NCBI RefSeq assembly: GCF_023055435.1
Contig: NW_025963890.1
Location: 6,758,001 to 6,822,000, forward strand
Source of the DNA: Haliotis rufescens
Taxonomy: Eukaryota
Direction of reading: 5' to 3'
Length of the DNA stretch: 64,000 bases
Under the pieces are notes generated by a model, which worked only from the letters and a program-made list of their open reading frames with translations, searched no databases and was not told where the DNA came from. Positions within the stretch are counted from its first letter, which is position 1; every line of letters begins with the position of its first letter. Below are positions 1-12,662 of this stretch, in pieces. Both the position numbers and the translations under genes were made by a program.

Positions 1-720
1 GGCACATTGCGGTAAGGTAACTGAAGGCACATTGCGGTAAGGTAACTGTAAGCATATTGCGGTGAAGTAACTGAAGGCATATTGCGGTAAGGTAACTGAA
101 GGCATATCGCTTTGAAGTAACTGAAGGCATATTGCGGTGAAGTAACTGAAGGCATATCGCGGTGAAGTAACTGTAAGCATATTGTGGTGAAGTAACTGAA
201 GGCAGATTGCGGTAAGGTAACTGAAGGCATATTGCGGTGAAGTAACTGAAGGCATATCACGGTGAAGTAACTGTAAGCATATTGCGGTGTAGTAACTGAA
301 GGCATATTGCGGTGAAGTAACTGAAGGCACATTGCGGTAAGGTAACTGAAGGCATATCGCGGTGAAGTAACTAAAGGCATATCGCGGTGAAGTAACTGTA
401 AGCATATTGCGGTGAAGTAACTGAAGGCATAATGCGGTAAGGTAACTGAAGGCATATCGCGGTGAAGTAACTGTAAGCATATTGCGGTGTAGTAACTGAA
501 GGCATATTGTTTACAAGTAACAGTGAGCATATTGTTAACAAGTAACAGTAACCATATTATTGATAAGTAACTCTAAGCATATTATGCTGAACAACAGTAA
601 GCATTTTGTTGATAAGTAAGAGTGCGCATAGTGTGGTGAACAACAGTAAAAATATTAACTGTAAACGCATTGCGGGGAGGTAGTAGTAAACATGACAGCG
701 AGGTAACAGGAAGCATATAT
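1..720. repeat. 25-bp minisatellite (GGCATATTGCGGTGAAGTAACTGAA), about 20 good copies to ~510, then degenerate
   Basis: Visible 25-bp period from position 1 (runs off the window edge); units decay progressively from ~510 to ~720. Confidence 0.95.
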
Positions 721-847
721 TATTGTGTCAGGTAGCACATCGTCACCAACGGTATCTGCTGTGCTGTTGGCTGATAGGATGCCTTGGTGTACTATATTTT
801 ACAGTTGCTTCAAACAGTTAGTGGCATTACAATTAACAGAAGCGCAG

Positions 848-1090
848 TGTATGTATGTATGTATGTATGTATGTATGTATGTATGTATGTATGTATGTAT
901 GTGTGTATGTGCCTGCCTCTCTACCTGCGCTGCGTGTAACACCATGTGTGTACATGTGTGCGTATAAGTGTGTGTGCGCGTGATAATGTTTATATGTTTG
1001 TGCGCATGTGTGTAGTGTAAGAGTGTGCCTGAATATGCTTGCGTGTGTATGTAGTGTAAGTAAGCCTGGTTATGTGTGCGCATGTGTGTG
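848..1090. repeat. (GTAT)n / GT-rich microsatellite region
   Basis: Perfect GTAT run 848-901 followed by degenerate GT repeats. Confidence 0.9.
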
Positions 1091-2361
1091 TGTATATATC
1101 TTAACGGGTAATAAAGTAATTTGACCCAGACATGCTACCATAATCACACTGGAAGAAACTTACATGTTGGTCGTTTGTGGTAGAAACACATACATGTGTA
1201 TATATCTTAACGGGTAATAAAGTAATTTGACCCAGCCATGCTACCATAATCACACTAGAAGAAACTTACATGTTGGTAGTTTGTGGTAGAAACACATACA
1301 TGTGTGTATATCTTAACGGGTAATAAAGTTATTTGGCCCAGCCATGCTACCATAATCACACTGGAAGAAACTTACATGTTGGTCGTTTGTGGTAGAAACA
1401 CATACATGTGTATATATCTTAACGGGTAATAAAGTTATTTGGCCCAGCCATGCTACCATAATCACACTGGAAGAACCTTACATGTTGGTCGTTTGTGGTA
1501 GAAACACATACATGTGTATATATCTTAACGGGTAATAAAGTAATTTGACCCAGCCATGCTACCATAATCACACTGGAAGAAACTTACATGTTGGTCGTTT
1601 GTGGTAGAAACACATACATGTGTGTATATCTTAACGGGTAATAAAGTTATTTGGCCGAGCTATGCTACCATTATCACACTGGAAGAAACTTACATGTTGG
1701 TAGTTTGTGGTAGAAACACATACATGTGTGTATATCTTAACGGGTAATAAAGTAATTTGACCCAGCCATGCTACCATAATCACACTAGAAGAAACTTACA
1801 TGTTGGTAGTTTGTGGTAGAAACACATACATGTGTGTATATCTTAACGGGTAATAAAGTTATTTGGCCCAGCCATGCTACCATAATCACACTGGAAGAAA
1901 CTTACATGTTGGTCGTTTGTGGTAGAAACACATACATGTGTATATATCTTAACGGGTAATAAAGTTATTTGGCCCAGCCATGCTACCATAATCACACTGG
2001 AAGAAACTTACATGTTGGTCGTTTGTGGTAGAAACACATACATGTGTATATATCTTAACGGGTAATAAAGTAATTTGACCCAGACATGCTACCATAATCA
2101 CACTGGAAGAAACTTACATGTTGGTCGTTTGTGGTAGAAACACATACATGTGTGTATATCTTAACGGGTAATAAAGTTATTTGGCCCAGCCATGCTACCA
2201 TAATCACACTGGAAGAACCTTACATGTTGGTCGTTTGTGGTAGAAACACATACATGTGTGTATATCTTAACGGGTAATAAAGTAATTTGGCCCAGCCATG
2301 CTACCATATTCACACTAGAAGAACCTTACATGTTGGTCGTTTGTGGTAGAAACACATACAT
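1091..2361. repeat. 106-bp tandem satellite, about 12 near-identical copies
   Basis: TTAACGGGTAATAAAG recurs at 1101, 1207, 1313 and onward (106-bp period). Confidence 0.97.
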
Positions 2362-3192
2362 CGCGAATATATAGGAGCAGTTTTCACCACCTGTGATTTA
2401 TAATGCGAATGCCTCGCATCGCCAAACACCATCTCGTTAAGATCCCTTACCAAATAAATATCCCATGAAGAACTGAGAAAGAACTCCACTTGAAAGAAAA
2501 ATAAACGATGTCGGTCGTCCGCCATCACGAACATTAGGATCTATCACTTTTGATTGCGCGTAATGAAAGCAGACATACGGCAGGAGGTGGGCTCAGGTGG
2601 CCTGACCAATATACCCCGGCAGTGCTTCAGTGATGGGACCAATGTGTTATGTAGTGATTGAGTATGGTGAGGCGTGAGGCGGGGTGAGTCACTCCCTCCC
2701 TTGCCTTTTATACATTAGTTCTGCAGGATGGACAGAACGCAGGTGTGCGCGTGTGAAAGGCTATCTATCAATAGTTTATCAATTCTCGCAAACCCTTTTT
2801 TCTCAACTGTATATTTGGTTTGTTATTCGCTGTTATATGTAAGATTTTAATACGATAAAGTTATTCCATTAAGTTGTGTCTATTCGTGGAATGAATAGCG
2901 AGAGGTAGATGTGGGATGGGGAGATTTGACGATTTTTGCAATGTTTCAGCAAAATCTCTATAAGTGACAAAAAGAGGGCTGTTCATATCTAATTCGGTCC
3001 TTCGGTGAGAGGGAAGCGGAATGAAGCCACTCGGCTTGAGATTGAAGTGAGGGCAAAGAGCGTATACAAGATTTGGAAAGTTCGTGTGAGATATAGAACT
3101 AGATCAAACAATATGTTCATATAAATGTTACCGTTTGATATCTAGCTTCCACCCACACAGACACTTACCTAACCACCGGGATTTCACCCATA

Positions 3193-3410
3193 CGTCTAAG
3201 ACGCCGAGATACGATGAGTCGTTTAGTCGCCAGAATCGGGTTCGAATCCCAAATTAACTCATATTTTGATAATTTGATTGTGAGCACCATACCTGTGGTA
3301 GTAGGTTCCATCAGTGGTAAACATCAAAGACCTGCATCACTTCGGTCTTTCCTCCAACACAAACCTGACACGCCGTGCTATAACTGAAACGTCACTCACC
3401 CTCTCTCACT
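3193..3410 (+). mobile_element. SINE family C (tRNA-Leu-like head, V-like body), degraded
   Basis: GTCTAAGACGCC...GGGTTCGAATCCC head; CCTGCATCACTTCGG..TTTCCTCC body; CACTCAC tail; matches the 20236 and 56787 copies. Confidence 0.75.
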
Positions 3411-3733
3411 GACTCCAGTCGTTCTGCGAGTGAGAGGAGGGCAGACACAGGGGAAGCGTCAATTATTTTACGGGTGTTTCATCACCGTCTTTACGGGTGC
3501 TTAATCAATGTCACGCATGCTCTCAGGGAGCTTCGGCAACTCTCGCCCCTTTCCGTAATCGAAATCTTATTTTCAGCAGAAATGGCCGATCGTGTTCAGA
3601 TGAAGGGAGACATATCCCCTGGAACGACACTGACAGATTAGCAAGGGGAGCCGACCGTCAGTGCCAGAGGTGTGTGTCTCATCAGTTTAACTCAATATAA
3701 TCATGACTTTTCTTTATAGAGAATATGAAGAGA

Positions 3734-4070
3734 GGTGAGGTGAAATGGGGTTTAACGTCGCGTCCAAGATTATTGCACTTATTTAGCGACGTTCATGCAC
3801 GTGTATGTGGGTGTGTGGCTGCTTGTACTAGTCCGGACTGATGCCGATTTATAGTGCTAGCTCACTGAGATACCATGCCGCAGTTTAACATTAATACCCC
3901 ACTCAGACACAGTATACTGACTCCGAGCCGACCAGTCCTTGTTTTAGCCCCTTAATGCCGAGCGCCAGACAGGGTAACAACAAGTACCATCTTTTAACGT
4001 CTTTTGGTATCGAACCCCGGACCTTCCGCTCTCAGGGCGGACGCTCTACCACTAGACCACGGAGGTGGTC
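3734..4070 (-). mobile_element. SINE family B (tRNA head, MESC/Meta-like central domain), near full length
   Basis: Reverse complement of the 42167-42519 copy; 13-bp TSD GAATATGAAGAGA at 3721-3733 and 4071-4083. Confidence 0.92.
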
Positions 4071-4280
4071 GAATATGAAGAGAAGTTGGCAGCGCACAAT
4101 AACCAAGAATAATGAAGACGCTGTAGAGACGCAGAAATGTGTTCTTTAGACGTCAACTAGTTATGCCCACGATAGTGTCACGTGATCATATGAGCTCCTC
4201 CCATTGTACACTTAAGCCCCCTGAAGATTTTAGGGCACAACAGACGCATTTATCTCTTTAAAATCTAAGCGGAAGCTTTA

Positions 4281-4441
4281 AGGAGCGGAAGGTCCGGGGA
4301 TCGATCCCGGTGGCGTCATACCAAAAGACGTTAAAAGATGGTACTTGTTGTTACCCTGTCTGGCGCTCGGCATTAAGGGGCGGCATGGTATCTCAGTGAG
4401 CTAGCACTATAAATCAGCTCAGTCCGGACTAATACAAGCAG

Positions 4442-4503
<62 letters not shown>

Positions 4504-4558
4504 GCTATAAAGTGCAATAATCTCGGACGCGACGTTAAACCCAATTTCACCTCACTTT
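4281..4558 (+). mobile_element. SINE family B, 5'-truncated and internally deleted, with (CA)n expansion
   Basis: Matches the 42167 copy (GTCATACCAAAAGACGTTAAAAGATGGTACTTG..., GAGCTAGCACTATAAA); CA run 4444-4500 expands the CA-rich segment. Confidence 0.9.
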
Positions 4559-4913
4559 CAAAACGTTCTTGGGAAGTTCCATGGATGATTCGATTCTTCT
4601 TATATTTTCCCCGTTTTAAAGAAAATTATTAAGTCAGTTATGGACAAGGAGTTACAAATGCTCTTTGAAATTCAACTCTATATTGTAACATGAAACTCTC
4701 TTGCATGCACGAAAATGCAATAAGCCGTTGTATTTAATTTTTCCAGATGAAAGTTCACCTTAAAAGTGGTAACATTATGAAATACATCCTCAAATTAGAT
4801 TAAATAAGATGTTCATCAAAACAGTTACATTTATATACCTAGCTTTCACCCAGGCTGCCAATTATTTAAATTAATATTTACCAATATTGATGTCCGTGTG
4901 TCTCAAATTAATA

Positions 4914-5034
4914 GGGGCGGTGGTTTAGCCAAGTGGTTAAAGCGTACGACCGTAACATCGAAGTCCCGGGTTCGATTACCCACATGGGTACAGTATGTGA
5001 AGCCCATTTCTGGTGCTCTCCGCCGTGATATTGC
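4914..5034 (+). mobile_element. SINE family A (tRNA-derived head), 3'-truncated
   Basis: A box TAGCCAAGTGG, B box GGTTCGATTAC, body GGGTACA..TGTGAAGCCCATTTCTGGTG. Confidence 0.85.
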
Positions 5035-5195
5035 ACATACGTAAGTCTTGACAGAAATGGTCAGTTTTAATGCCTTCCGTTGTCAGTAGTGAAAGCAATG
5101 GCTTATTATGGATACATAAACATCATCATATTAAGCATATTATTCCGATGGAACTACCAGATGTTTTGAAAAGGACCTTAAGGTCACTTTGCTTT

Positions 5196-5478
5196 TGAGT
5201 GAGTGAGTGGGTCAGTACGGTCAGTCAAGTTTTAACGCCGTTTTGAACAGTATTCCAGTAATATCACGGCGCTGGAGGAAAGCCTGAAGTGATGCAGGTC
5301 TTTGACGTTTACCTCTTTGGTGAAGCCCACGAGCACCGGTATGGTGCTGACAAACCTAGAAACATATTCGGTTTAACCTGGATTCGAACCCACGATCATA
5401 GGTTTCTGAGGTGCCCATGGGACGCAACTCTGCACAGCGAATTGCGGCACCATAGACAACTGGGCCACCCGTGCCCCC
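5196..5478 (-). mobile_element. SINE family C, near full length
   Basis: (GAGT)n tail, shared 3' stem-loop, body and tRNA-like head matching 56787-57056. Confidence 0.88.
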
Positions 5479-5781
5479 GCTTAGCCCGTGACCGTTTACC
5501 ATTTAGAGGTTCCTTTCATACATCATCGGCACCATTCTCTACATATTGGTGCTTTGTAGACCTTATAATAAAGCCAAAGGTGATCAAAGCAACATGTCTT
5601 TGAATAGGCATCATTCCCACAGAAGATGTAGTGGAAACGACCCTTTAAAACTTACCCTTCACACAAAATTGTGTTTTGATAACTCAGAGGAATGTGCTTC
5701 TATGATCTACATTATCAAAGCAAAACAATTCAAATGATTGCCATTATGATTATATGTATCGTTTTCACATCAGTTGTACTG

Positions 5782-5884
5782 GAGTGAGTGAGTGAGTTGC
5801 GTTTAACGCTGCTTTTAAAAGGATTCCAGTTATATCACGGCGCTCAGCTTAATGTGGGAGGAAATCCCGAAGTGATGCAGGTCT
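5782..5884 (-). mobile_element. SINE family C, 3' fragment
   Basis: GAGTGAGT..TTTAACGCTGCTTTT..CAGCTTAATGTGGGAGGAAA. Confidence 0.8.
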
Positions 5885-6038
5885 CAGTAGTTGTAGTGGA
5901 AATACCCCATTCTTTTATCATAATCTAACACTGCAATACTTTGGTTATCTCCGAACATGGTGACCCTTTTATACCCAAGTCTCGACATTGATTCAAGCAC
6001 TCGCTCATTGCAGCATGGATGGCATTCACAGTAGATGT

Positions 6039-6261
6039 GATCCCCATGAGGATCCGAGTCAGATTTGGTCTTCAGCAACCCATGTTTGTCGTAGGAGGCG
6101 ACAAACGGGATCGGATGGTCAGGCTTGGTTGATCTATCCCCTTTCGATGCTCATCATGTCAATCACTTGATTGTCTGGTCTAGACTCGATTATTAACAGA
6201 CCGCCGTCATATAGCTTGAATATTGCGGAGTGCGGCGTTAAACAACAAACAAACAAACAAA
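6039..6261 (+). mobile_element. Family D headless short retroelement (structured 5' end, LINE-type tail, (AAAC)n)
   Basis: Homologous to the 21627 and 31172 copies; imperfect TSD CACAGTAGATGT (6027-6038) / CACAATAGCTGT (6262-6273). Confidence 0.85.
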
Positions 6262-7110
6262 CACAATAGCTGTCTTGAAAGTACCACATCCACAAATAGC
6301 CATAATACCGTTATAACGAGTGATTGAGTTAAAAATTGACATCACATCGACAATATAGCGTCTATATAACGTATCCGGATATAGCGAAGTGGTGACAAAT
6401 CCTCATTGAAAGTAAATGCTACTGTTCACGTCAGGACCCTTGGATAAAATAAATTAAGTTTAAACGTCCCTTTGACGTTAGTACCTGTAACATTTTACAC
6501 ATGGAGTTCCGGTCAAAGCTTATCTTTAAAAGCTCCTCATACGCAAAACAATATCCCTTTAAGTCCATATCTCATTACTGTCTGCGTGGAAATGTGTGTG
6601 ACTTATATTAAAACCAGTCCGCCCTGTATAGTCTGTTCCCACAGTACCCTGCAGGAGAAAATACCTGCCCTAAGATCAGGTACTAAGTTGACGACGGGCG
6701 TCCAATCTCGCCCCCTACTTGACACCACGTAGGTAAGTCGCGGATAACGCACATCCAACTGTAATCCTATAATTGCCTTCAGTCACAAACGTTTATCATG
6801 ATGTACCGAAACAGTTACAGAATCGTTACAGCGGGATTACAGTATCCGTTTACGACTGTCGTGTACAATCCTTAAGTCAATCTATTAGGATTTGGGTGAA
6901 CTGTTAATAATTCTTCCTGTTCATAATACGGCACCGACGAGATTAAAGTTAAGCCATTTTATTATCATTGTTTAATATTGTGTATGGCATACTATGTTGA
7001 TATTCATTCAGGGAAAATGTGACATCCTCGATATACGGCTCATGAATAGCGTTAACGTTTACGAAAAGCCACGCAAGATGGTCAAACAATTTAAAGTACA
7101 TGGTTACACC

Positions 7111-8185
7111 TAGTCCTGCACCATGACCGTGGAATATATTTATTTTATGAAAAAATAATAATCTAGAAATGCATACAAAAGCAAGTCTAGCCAGCTCAAG
7201 CTGGCTCTATTCCACAGCATCAGAAACAGCATAGGGAATTCTTTTTATTTTTAGAGTCAAGAAGAATATTGTGTAATATAAGATTTCAGAGACTAAATGT
7301 TAGTCTAGGTTACACCTAATCTGAAGAGGTACTTCAAATACTGAAGACGATTCATAATCACCAGGTATGCCATTTTGTAACTTACATCTATGAAGATTGG
7401 AACATAGCAGGGTATGAAACTCCCAAAAATTTCAGCCAGACCACAGGACTGGCTAGCTGAAATACTTGCCAGCCCTGACCAAAACCTGCCTGCCCACTAT
7501 AATCATATGTTTCTCAGGATAAGCTAACGGGATTTCTTTTTGGTTACATTTTATCATTCAACTTTACATGTGAATTAATGATTATCATCGGGAAATATTT
7601 AGAAAATTTTCACATATGAAATATAACCCGACCGTCGGGCAGGAGGATTTGAAAATCTGGCAGCCCGAGTTGAAATCAACCCGTCTCGGACGGTCGGGCA
7701 GGCAGGTATTTCGAACACTGAACATAGGGGGACTCAGACATTTAACTTTACGCCTCTATCACTTATTTGGACAAGGATATATTTACACAGATTACAGTTT
7801 CGAAAGCTGTCTTGTCACTCAAGTGTCATACACTTGTGGTAAGTTTACTCACTACAGATATTGTGTCGGTAACTGAAGCGAAGGTCCCCTTTTTCTTATT
7901 TTCGCATTTCTCCCCAATAATTATACATTTCAACATGACCCTGAGACTTTGTTTTCCGCTTGTACACGACATCCTACAATAAAAGACGTATCCATCCATG
8001 TAGACTAACATTTAGTCTCTGAAATCTTATATTACACAATATCCTACTTGACTCTAAAAATCAAAAAAAATCCCTATGCTGATTTCAGAATAGAGCTAGC
8101 TTGAGCTGGCTAGACTTGCTTTTGTATGCATTTCTAGATTTTTTTGTATAAAATAAATATATTCCACTTTCATGGTGCAGGACTA
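7111..8185. mobile_element. Non-autonomous DNA transposon with ~190-bp terminal inverted repeats (TAG...CTA ends)
   Basis: 7111-7308 is the reverse complement of 8001-8185 (TAGTCCTGCACCATG ... CATGGTGCAGGACTA); no transposase ORF; superfamily uncertain (Academ-like termini, or TA TSD). Confidence 0.88.
7408..7720. mobile_element. Small MITE (hAT/P-like CAG...CTG ends) nested in the long-TIR element
   Basis: Imperfect TIR CAGGGTATGAAA / TTTCGAACACTG; AACATAG duplicated at 7401-7407 and 7721-7727. Confidence 0.7.
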
Positions 8186-8562
8186 CCATCCATGTCTTGC
8201 GGCGGTTGCCAAAGTGCTGCTGACAGGGAGACAACTCATGTGACACTCTGATATAGAACCTTTGGGACCAGGTCATATTCGTGGGTTGAATGCAACCCTC
8301 AGGTTCTATTCCCAACAGTTTGTTTAACGTTTTTGTGCGCAACGTCAGGTATGTGACCGCAATATCGGTGAAAATCACATAACATAAAACAAACTCTCGA
8401 TAGAATTCGCACTTTCAATAGTAAAGATAAACACGTGAAGCGCCTTAAAATGACACTTAATCGCCATCGGTGTGCATCCGCTACCATAGGCTTGGGCGAC
8501 CTTCTGTACCTGTTGTCAGTTAACTCGTTTTCACATCATCTTTAAGAACGATAAGAGATTTA

Positions 8563-8937
8563 ATAATTTAAACGCAATAAGCGCCCCGCTCTAATAAGCG
8601 CCCAATATTTGCTAATATTTGGCTAGTAAACAATGCCAATCAGCACCCCTTCCGATTGATCAATATACACACGACTTATTTATTCGTGTATTATACGCAC
8701 TCGTGTGTTATATGCACCCTTAATTACGGGCAATTAAATTCTGGAAACATATATCTGTCGTATGTAAACATGTCCGGCTGTCACTATAAACCACGAAATT
8801 TACATTCTTTCAACTCTGTTTTTGTCACCAAAATAATATTCTAATAAGAATTTTTTGTCACCAAAATAATATGCTAATAAGAACCCCTATTTCTAATTTT
8901 GAGAGCGCCCTGTGCGCTTATTACGTCGAATACGGTA
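8563..8937. mobile_element. Tc1/mariner (pogo/Tigger-like) MITE
   Basis: Right end GCGCTTATTACGTCGAATACGG+TA; left end ACGCAATAAGCGCCC with repeated subterminal TAATAAGCGCCC-like motifs; left tip degraded. Confidence 0.65.
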
Positions 8938-9521
8938 CCCATAATTCATATAAGTTTTACATTAAAACTAAAGGACTTGGCTCTGGATAAAAAAATGTTA
9001 CACCTGGCAGAACATAGCCGAACATATGTAAATAGTTGCACCTCATATGTAGCATAATGTCCATGTTGATGTTCTAGAGATGACTTCACTGTGTGTTACC
9101 TTTATGTATCCTCTGTGGTTGTCTACTCGGGAGATTTTAAGTCATTTATCAGTCACGGGTGGGAATCCCGTCACGTGCACTCATGACTTTACAGTTATGA
9201 TTTCTGTATTTGGGTAAGTTTGTGATTTTAGATTGAGAATTGCATCCTGTAACCGAATGAAACCATGAGTTACAAAACAAGATGATCACAACGTGGGAGA
9301 TGGGAAGGACGCTGCCCTGAATCTAAATGAGTAGCAACCACCGTGATGGTCAGTTTGTCTTTTTTCCCTTTGGGACCCGAAGGACTATGTTGCACGACAG
9401 GTTGAGAAGGGTAGAGTGAGGTCAACCTTAGTGTCTACAGTCTGGCACTGCATGCATTTGATGTTTGACTCTCATTCAGTACTCCTAGACAAGCCGCTTG
9501 CGTATTATTTGGCTCAGTCAT

Positions 9522-9609
9522 TTAAGTTGTAAGTCATTTAGGGGTTTAGTATAGTTGCAATGACACTTGCAAAGGTACTAAACCCCCTAATTGGCTTACA
9601 AACCTTTAA
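9522..9609. repeat. Near-perfect palindrome / small fold-back element
   Basis: TTGTAAGTCATTTAGGGGTTTAGTA..TTGCAA vs TTGCAA..TACTAAACCCCCTAATTGGCTTACAA, ~6-nt spacer. Confidence 0.8.
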
Positions 9610-11116
9610 AGCACAAGGCATATATCTAATCAAAACCTGCCTACTTGGCCGCATTTAAAAAACAAAAGTACAACAAACAAGCTGCCAATAAACCCTAAAC
9701 TTCTAAACCTATAAAAACACACAAACACCCCCCCCCCCCCCCCCCCCCCTTTTGCATGCCATATTTCAAAATTCCAATTCTCCAAATTAAGTAGGCAACC
9801 CGTAAAAGCCCCACCTTGGTTGCCTCACCTTTTCGGACATACCCTTTTCGACCAAACACAAAATGGCCTGCGAAATACGCATATGTCGGAAAGCGCACGT
9901 TAAATTCCTAATTTAAGTAAGTAAGTACTGGGCTCAGCAGTTATGTACAACGTTAACTGTGTGGATTACGTTATACAAGTACCATGTACTATTTGCTATG
10001 TGTGCAGAATGATGTTTGAGGGGCTAATATATGGGTATCCTACTGTGTAACATATATATTTACATTTTAATTCAGTATTATTTCAATTACGTTTAGTGCC
10101 TCATAGGTCATTCTATGGTATCAGACTCGTTTTACTGTATATAGCAATATGTGACACGTAAATAAATTGATCATCTTCTGTATGAATATGTCTTGATGAT
10201 GATGTTGATTTTACGAGTGCTTCTGGTGGAACCGTTTTCACACTCAGCATGCCCTGTGTCTCCGATTCATCATCATAGCTTTCAGTCTCCGTCTAGACGC
10301 TGTAATTGGTGAAAAACACTGTTAGCCTGTCGCCACCCTTACAACGCAATAAAAATTAAAAACACACAGACATAAAAATGACTAAATACACACTGCTTAC
10401 TTTTCTCTATTTCAACAGCGTGTCAGTGTACAATGTCTAAATGTAAACATTCTCAAGGGTATGATTAACTATGTAATAAAGCACAAATCTACCCCTTTCC
10501 AAGTGTGGGGGTCGTAGGGTGGGTTGAGGATATCCCTTAGGGGACCTCATGCATCAGCGCCCGGGGTAGTGGTGATTAATACAAGGAAATTACAGTTGAC
10601 AGTACTCGCTGATGAAGATGTGACCAGGCACTACTGCAAGGCTTAACGCCCTTGATGTGGTTTATCAAATAATTACGTGTATAAACACCTGTAGGCTAAC
10701 TTCTCACACCAAACGTCCTACCGCCTCGACCGTAAAAGACCCCATTGAGATTAGCAAGTAACCAACCGAAGCGGACGGTTGGCGGAAACAACTGCTACAC
10801 CACGGGCGTTTTAAGATTAACTTATTGTTTGGATCCTCTGTTAGATTAGGGTTCCGCGCAACAGTGAATATCCTATGATACGAGTATTATTTTAATGTTT
10901 TTTTAAATTTAATTTCCTGTTGATATGTTTTGTCCGTTTAGAAATTCAATACAATAGAGACCCAGTCAATGCTGACAAGGGATAATGAACACGTTGCTCG
11001 GGGTCTATTATGAAATATTTAGTTTATTTAAGTTTCACCTAAAACATCTTAATAATACATAGTAGTACATCGACAGAAACCCCAACCGTTCCAGCAACTC
11101 AAAGTAATTGATCATG

Positions 11117-11945
11117 AAGCCCCACCACCCTCTCGCCCAAGCCCCACCGCCCTCTCCCCCAAGCCCCACCACCCTCTCCCCCAAGCCCCACCACCCTCTC
11201 CCCCAAGCCCCACCACCCTCTCACCCAAGCCCCACCACCCTCTCACCCAAGCCCCACCACCCTCTCCCCCAAGCCCCACCACCCTCCCCCCCAAGCCCCA
11301 CCACCCTCTCCCCCAAGCCCCACCACCCTCTCGCCCAAGCCCCACCACCCTCTCGCCCAAGCCCCACCACCCTCTCGCCCAAGCCCCACCACCCTCTCCC
11401 CCAAGCCCCACCACCCTCTCACCCAAGCCCCACCACCCTCTCACCCAAGCCCCACCACCCTCTCGCCCAAGCCCCACCACCCTCTCCCCCAAGTCCCACC
11501 ACCCTCTCGCCCAAGCCCCACCACCCTCTAGCCCAAGCCCAACCACCCTCTCGCCCAAGCCCCACCACCCTCTCCCCCAAGCCCCACCACCCTCTCGCCC
11601 AAGCCCTACCACACTCTCACCCAAGCCCCACCACCCTCTCACCCAAGCCCCACCACCCTCTCACCCAAGCCCCACCACCCTCTCACCCAAGCCCCACCAC
11701 CCTCTCGCCCAAGCCCCACCACCCTCTCACCCAAGCCCCACCACCCTCTCACCCAAGCCCCACCACCCTCTCACCCAAGCCCCACCACCCTCTCGCCCAA
11801 GCCCCACCACCCTCTCCCCCAAGCCCAACCACCCTCTCGCCCAAGCCCCACCACACTCTCGCCAAAGCCCCACCACCCTCTCGCCAAAGCCCCACCACCC
11901 TCTCACCCAAGCCCCACCACCCTCTCACCCAAGCCCAACCACCAA
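11117..11945. repeat. 22-bp C-rich minisatellite (AAGCCCCACCACCCTCTC[G/A/C]CCC), about 37 copies
   Basis: Strict 22-bp period; explains the spurious Pro-rich ORF 11108-11962. Confidence 0.97.
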
Positions 11946-12099
11946 CCCTAAAAAAAACATAAAGCGATTATATGGGTCACACGTACGTGGGTAGAACACT
12001 GTCTTTCGCACAAAGTTTAAAACTTCCTTTGCTCGCGTCATTTTGGTAATGGTCTCGCATGAAACTTAATTATACATCGTGACCTTAAGAAGGACTTTC

Positions 12100-12241
12100 G
12101 GATGGTGGGGCAGCCTAGCGGTTAAAGCACCGAATCCCCGGGTTCGATTCCAACATAGGTACAATGTGTGAAGCCCATTTCTGGTGTTAATCGGCGTGAT
12201 ATTGCTTTAATATAAGAGCGGTGTAAAACGATACTCACTCA
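12100..12241 (+). mobile_element. SINE family A, degraded
   Basis: GGTTAAAGC..GGGTTCGATTCC..TGTGTGAAGCCCATTTCTGGTG..TACTCACTC. Confidence 0.82.
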
Positions 12242-12488
12242 GTAAGATGGACATTGTTCCATGCTCTGGTGCCCATATCCAGTTTAGGTCGCGACTATAC
12301 CGATAACGCTTACCAAATGTACCTCGCTTGCTTGTATTGGTAATGGGAAAGAGGATTAAACACGTAAGCTGTAATCACATTTAGTAAACTATCAATTACA
12401 AGTGCACATATCTGCACCTACACTGTGAGCCCAATACACAGCTCTGAGCAGAGTGCTCTATGGATGCATATGTGTATAGATGTATGAC

Positions 12489-12662
12489 ATGTATGAGATT
12501 GCCGTGAGTGTTTTGTACGAGATTGCTGCGAGTGTTCTGAATGAGATTGTTGTGAGTGTTCTGTATGAAATTGTTGTGAGTGTTCTGTATGAAATTGTTG
12601 TGATTGTTCTGAATGAGACTGCTGTGAGTGTCCTGTATGAGATTGCTGTGAGCGTCCTGTAT
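12489..12662. repeat. 24-bp minisatellite (TGTATGAGATTGCTGTGAGTGTTC), about 7 copies
   Basis: 24-bp period, seen as an 8-aa repeat in ORFs on both strands. Confidence 0.9.

Noticed and set aside
11108-11962. 284-aa extensin-like Pro-rich ORF
   Set aside because: Translation of a 22-bp minisatellite (unit not a multiple of 3); no unique coding flanks.
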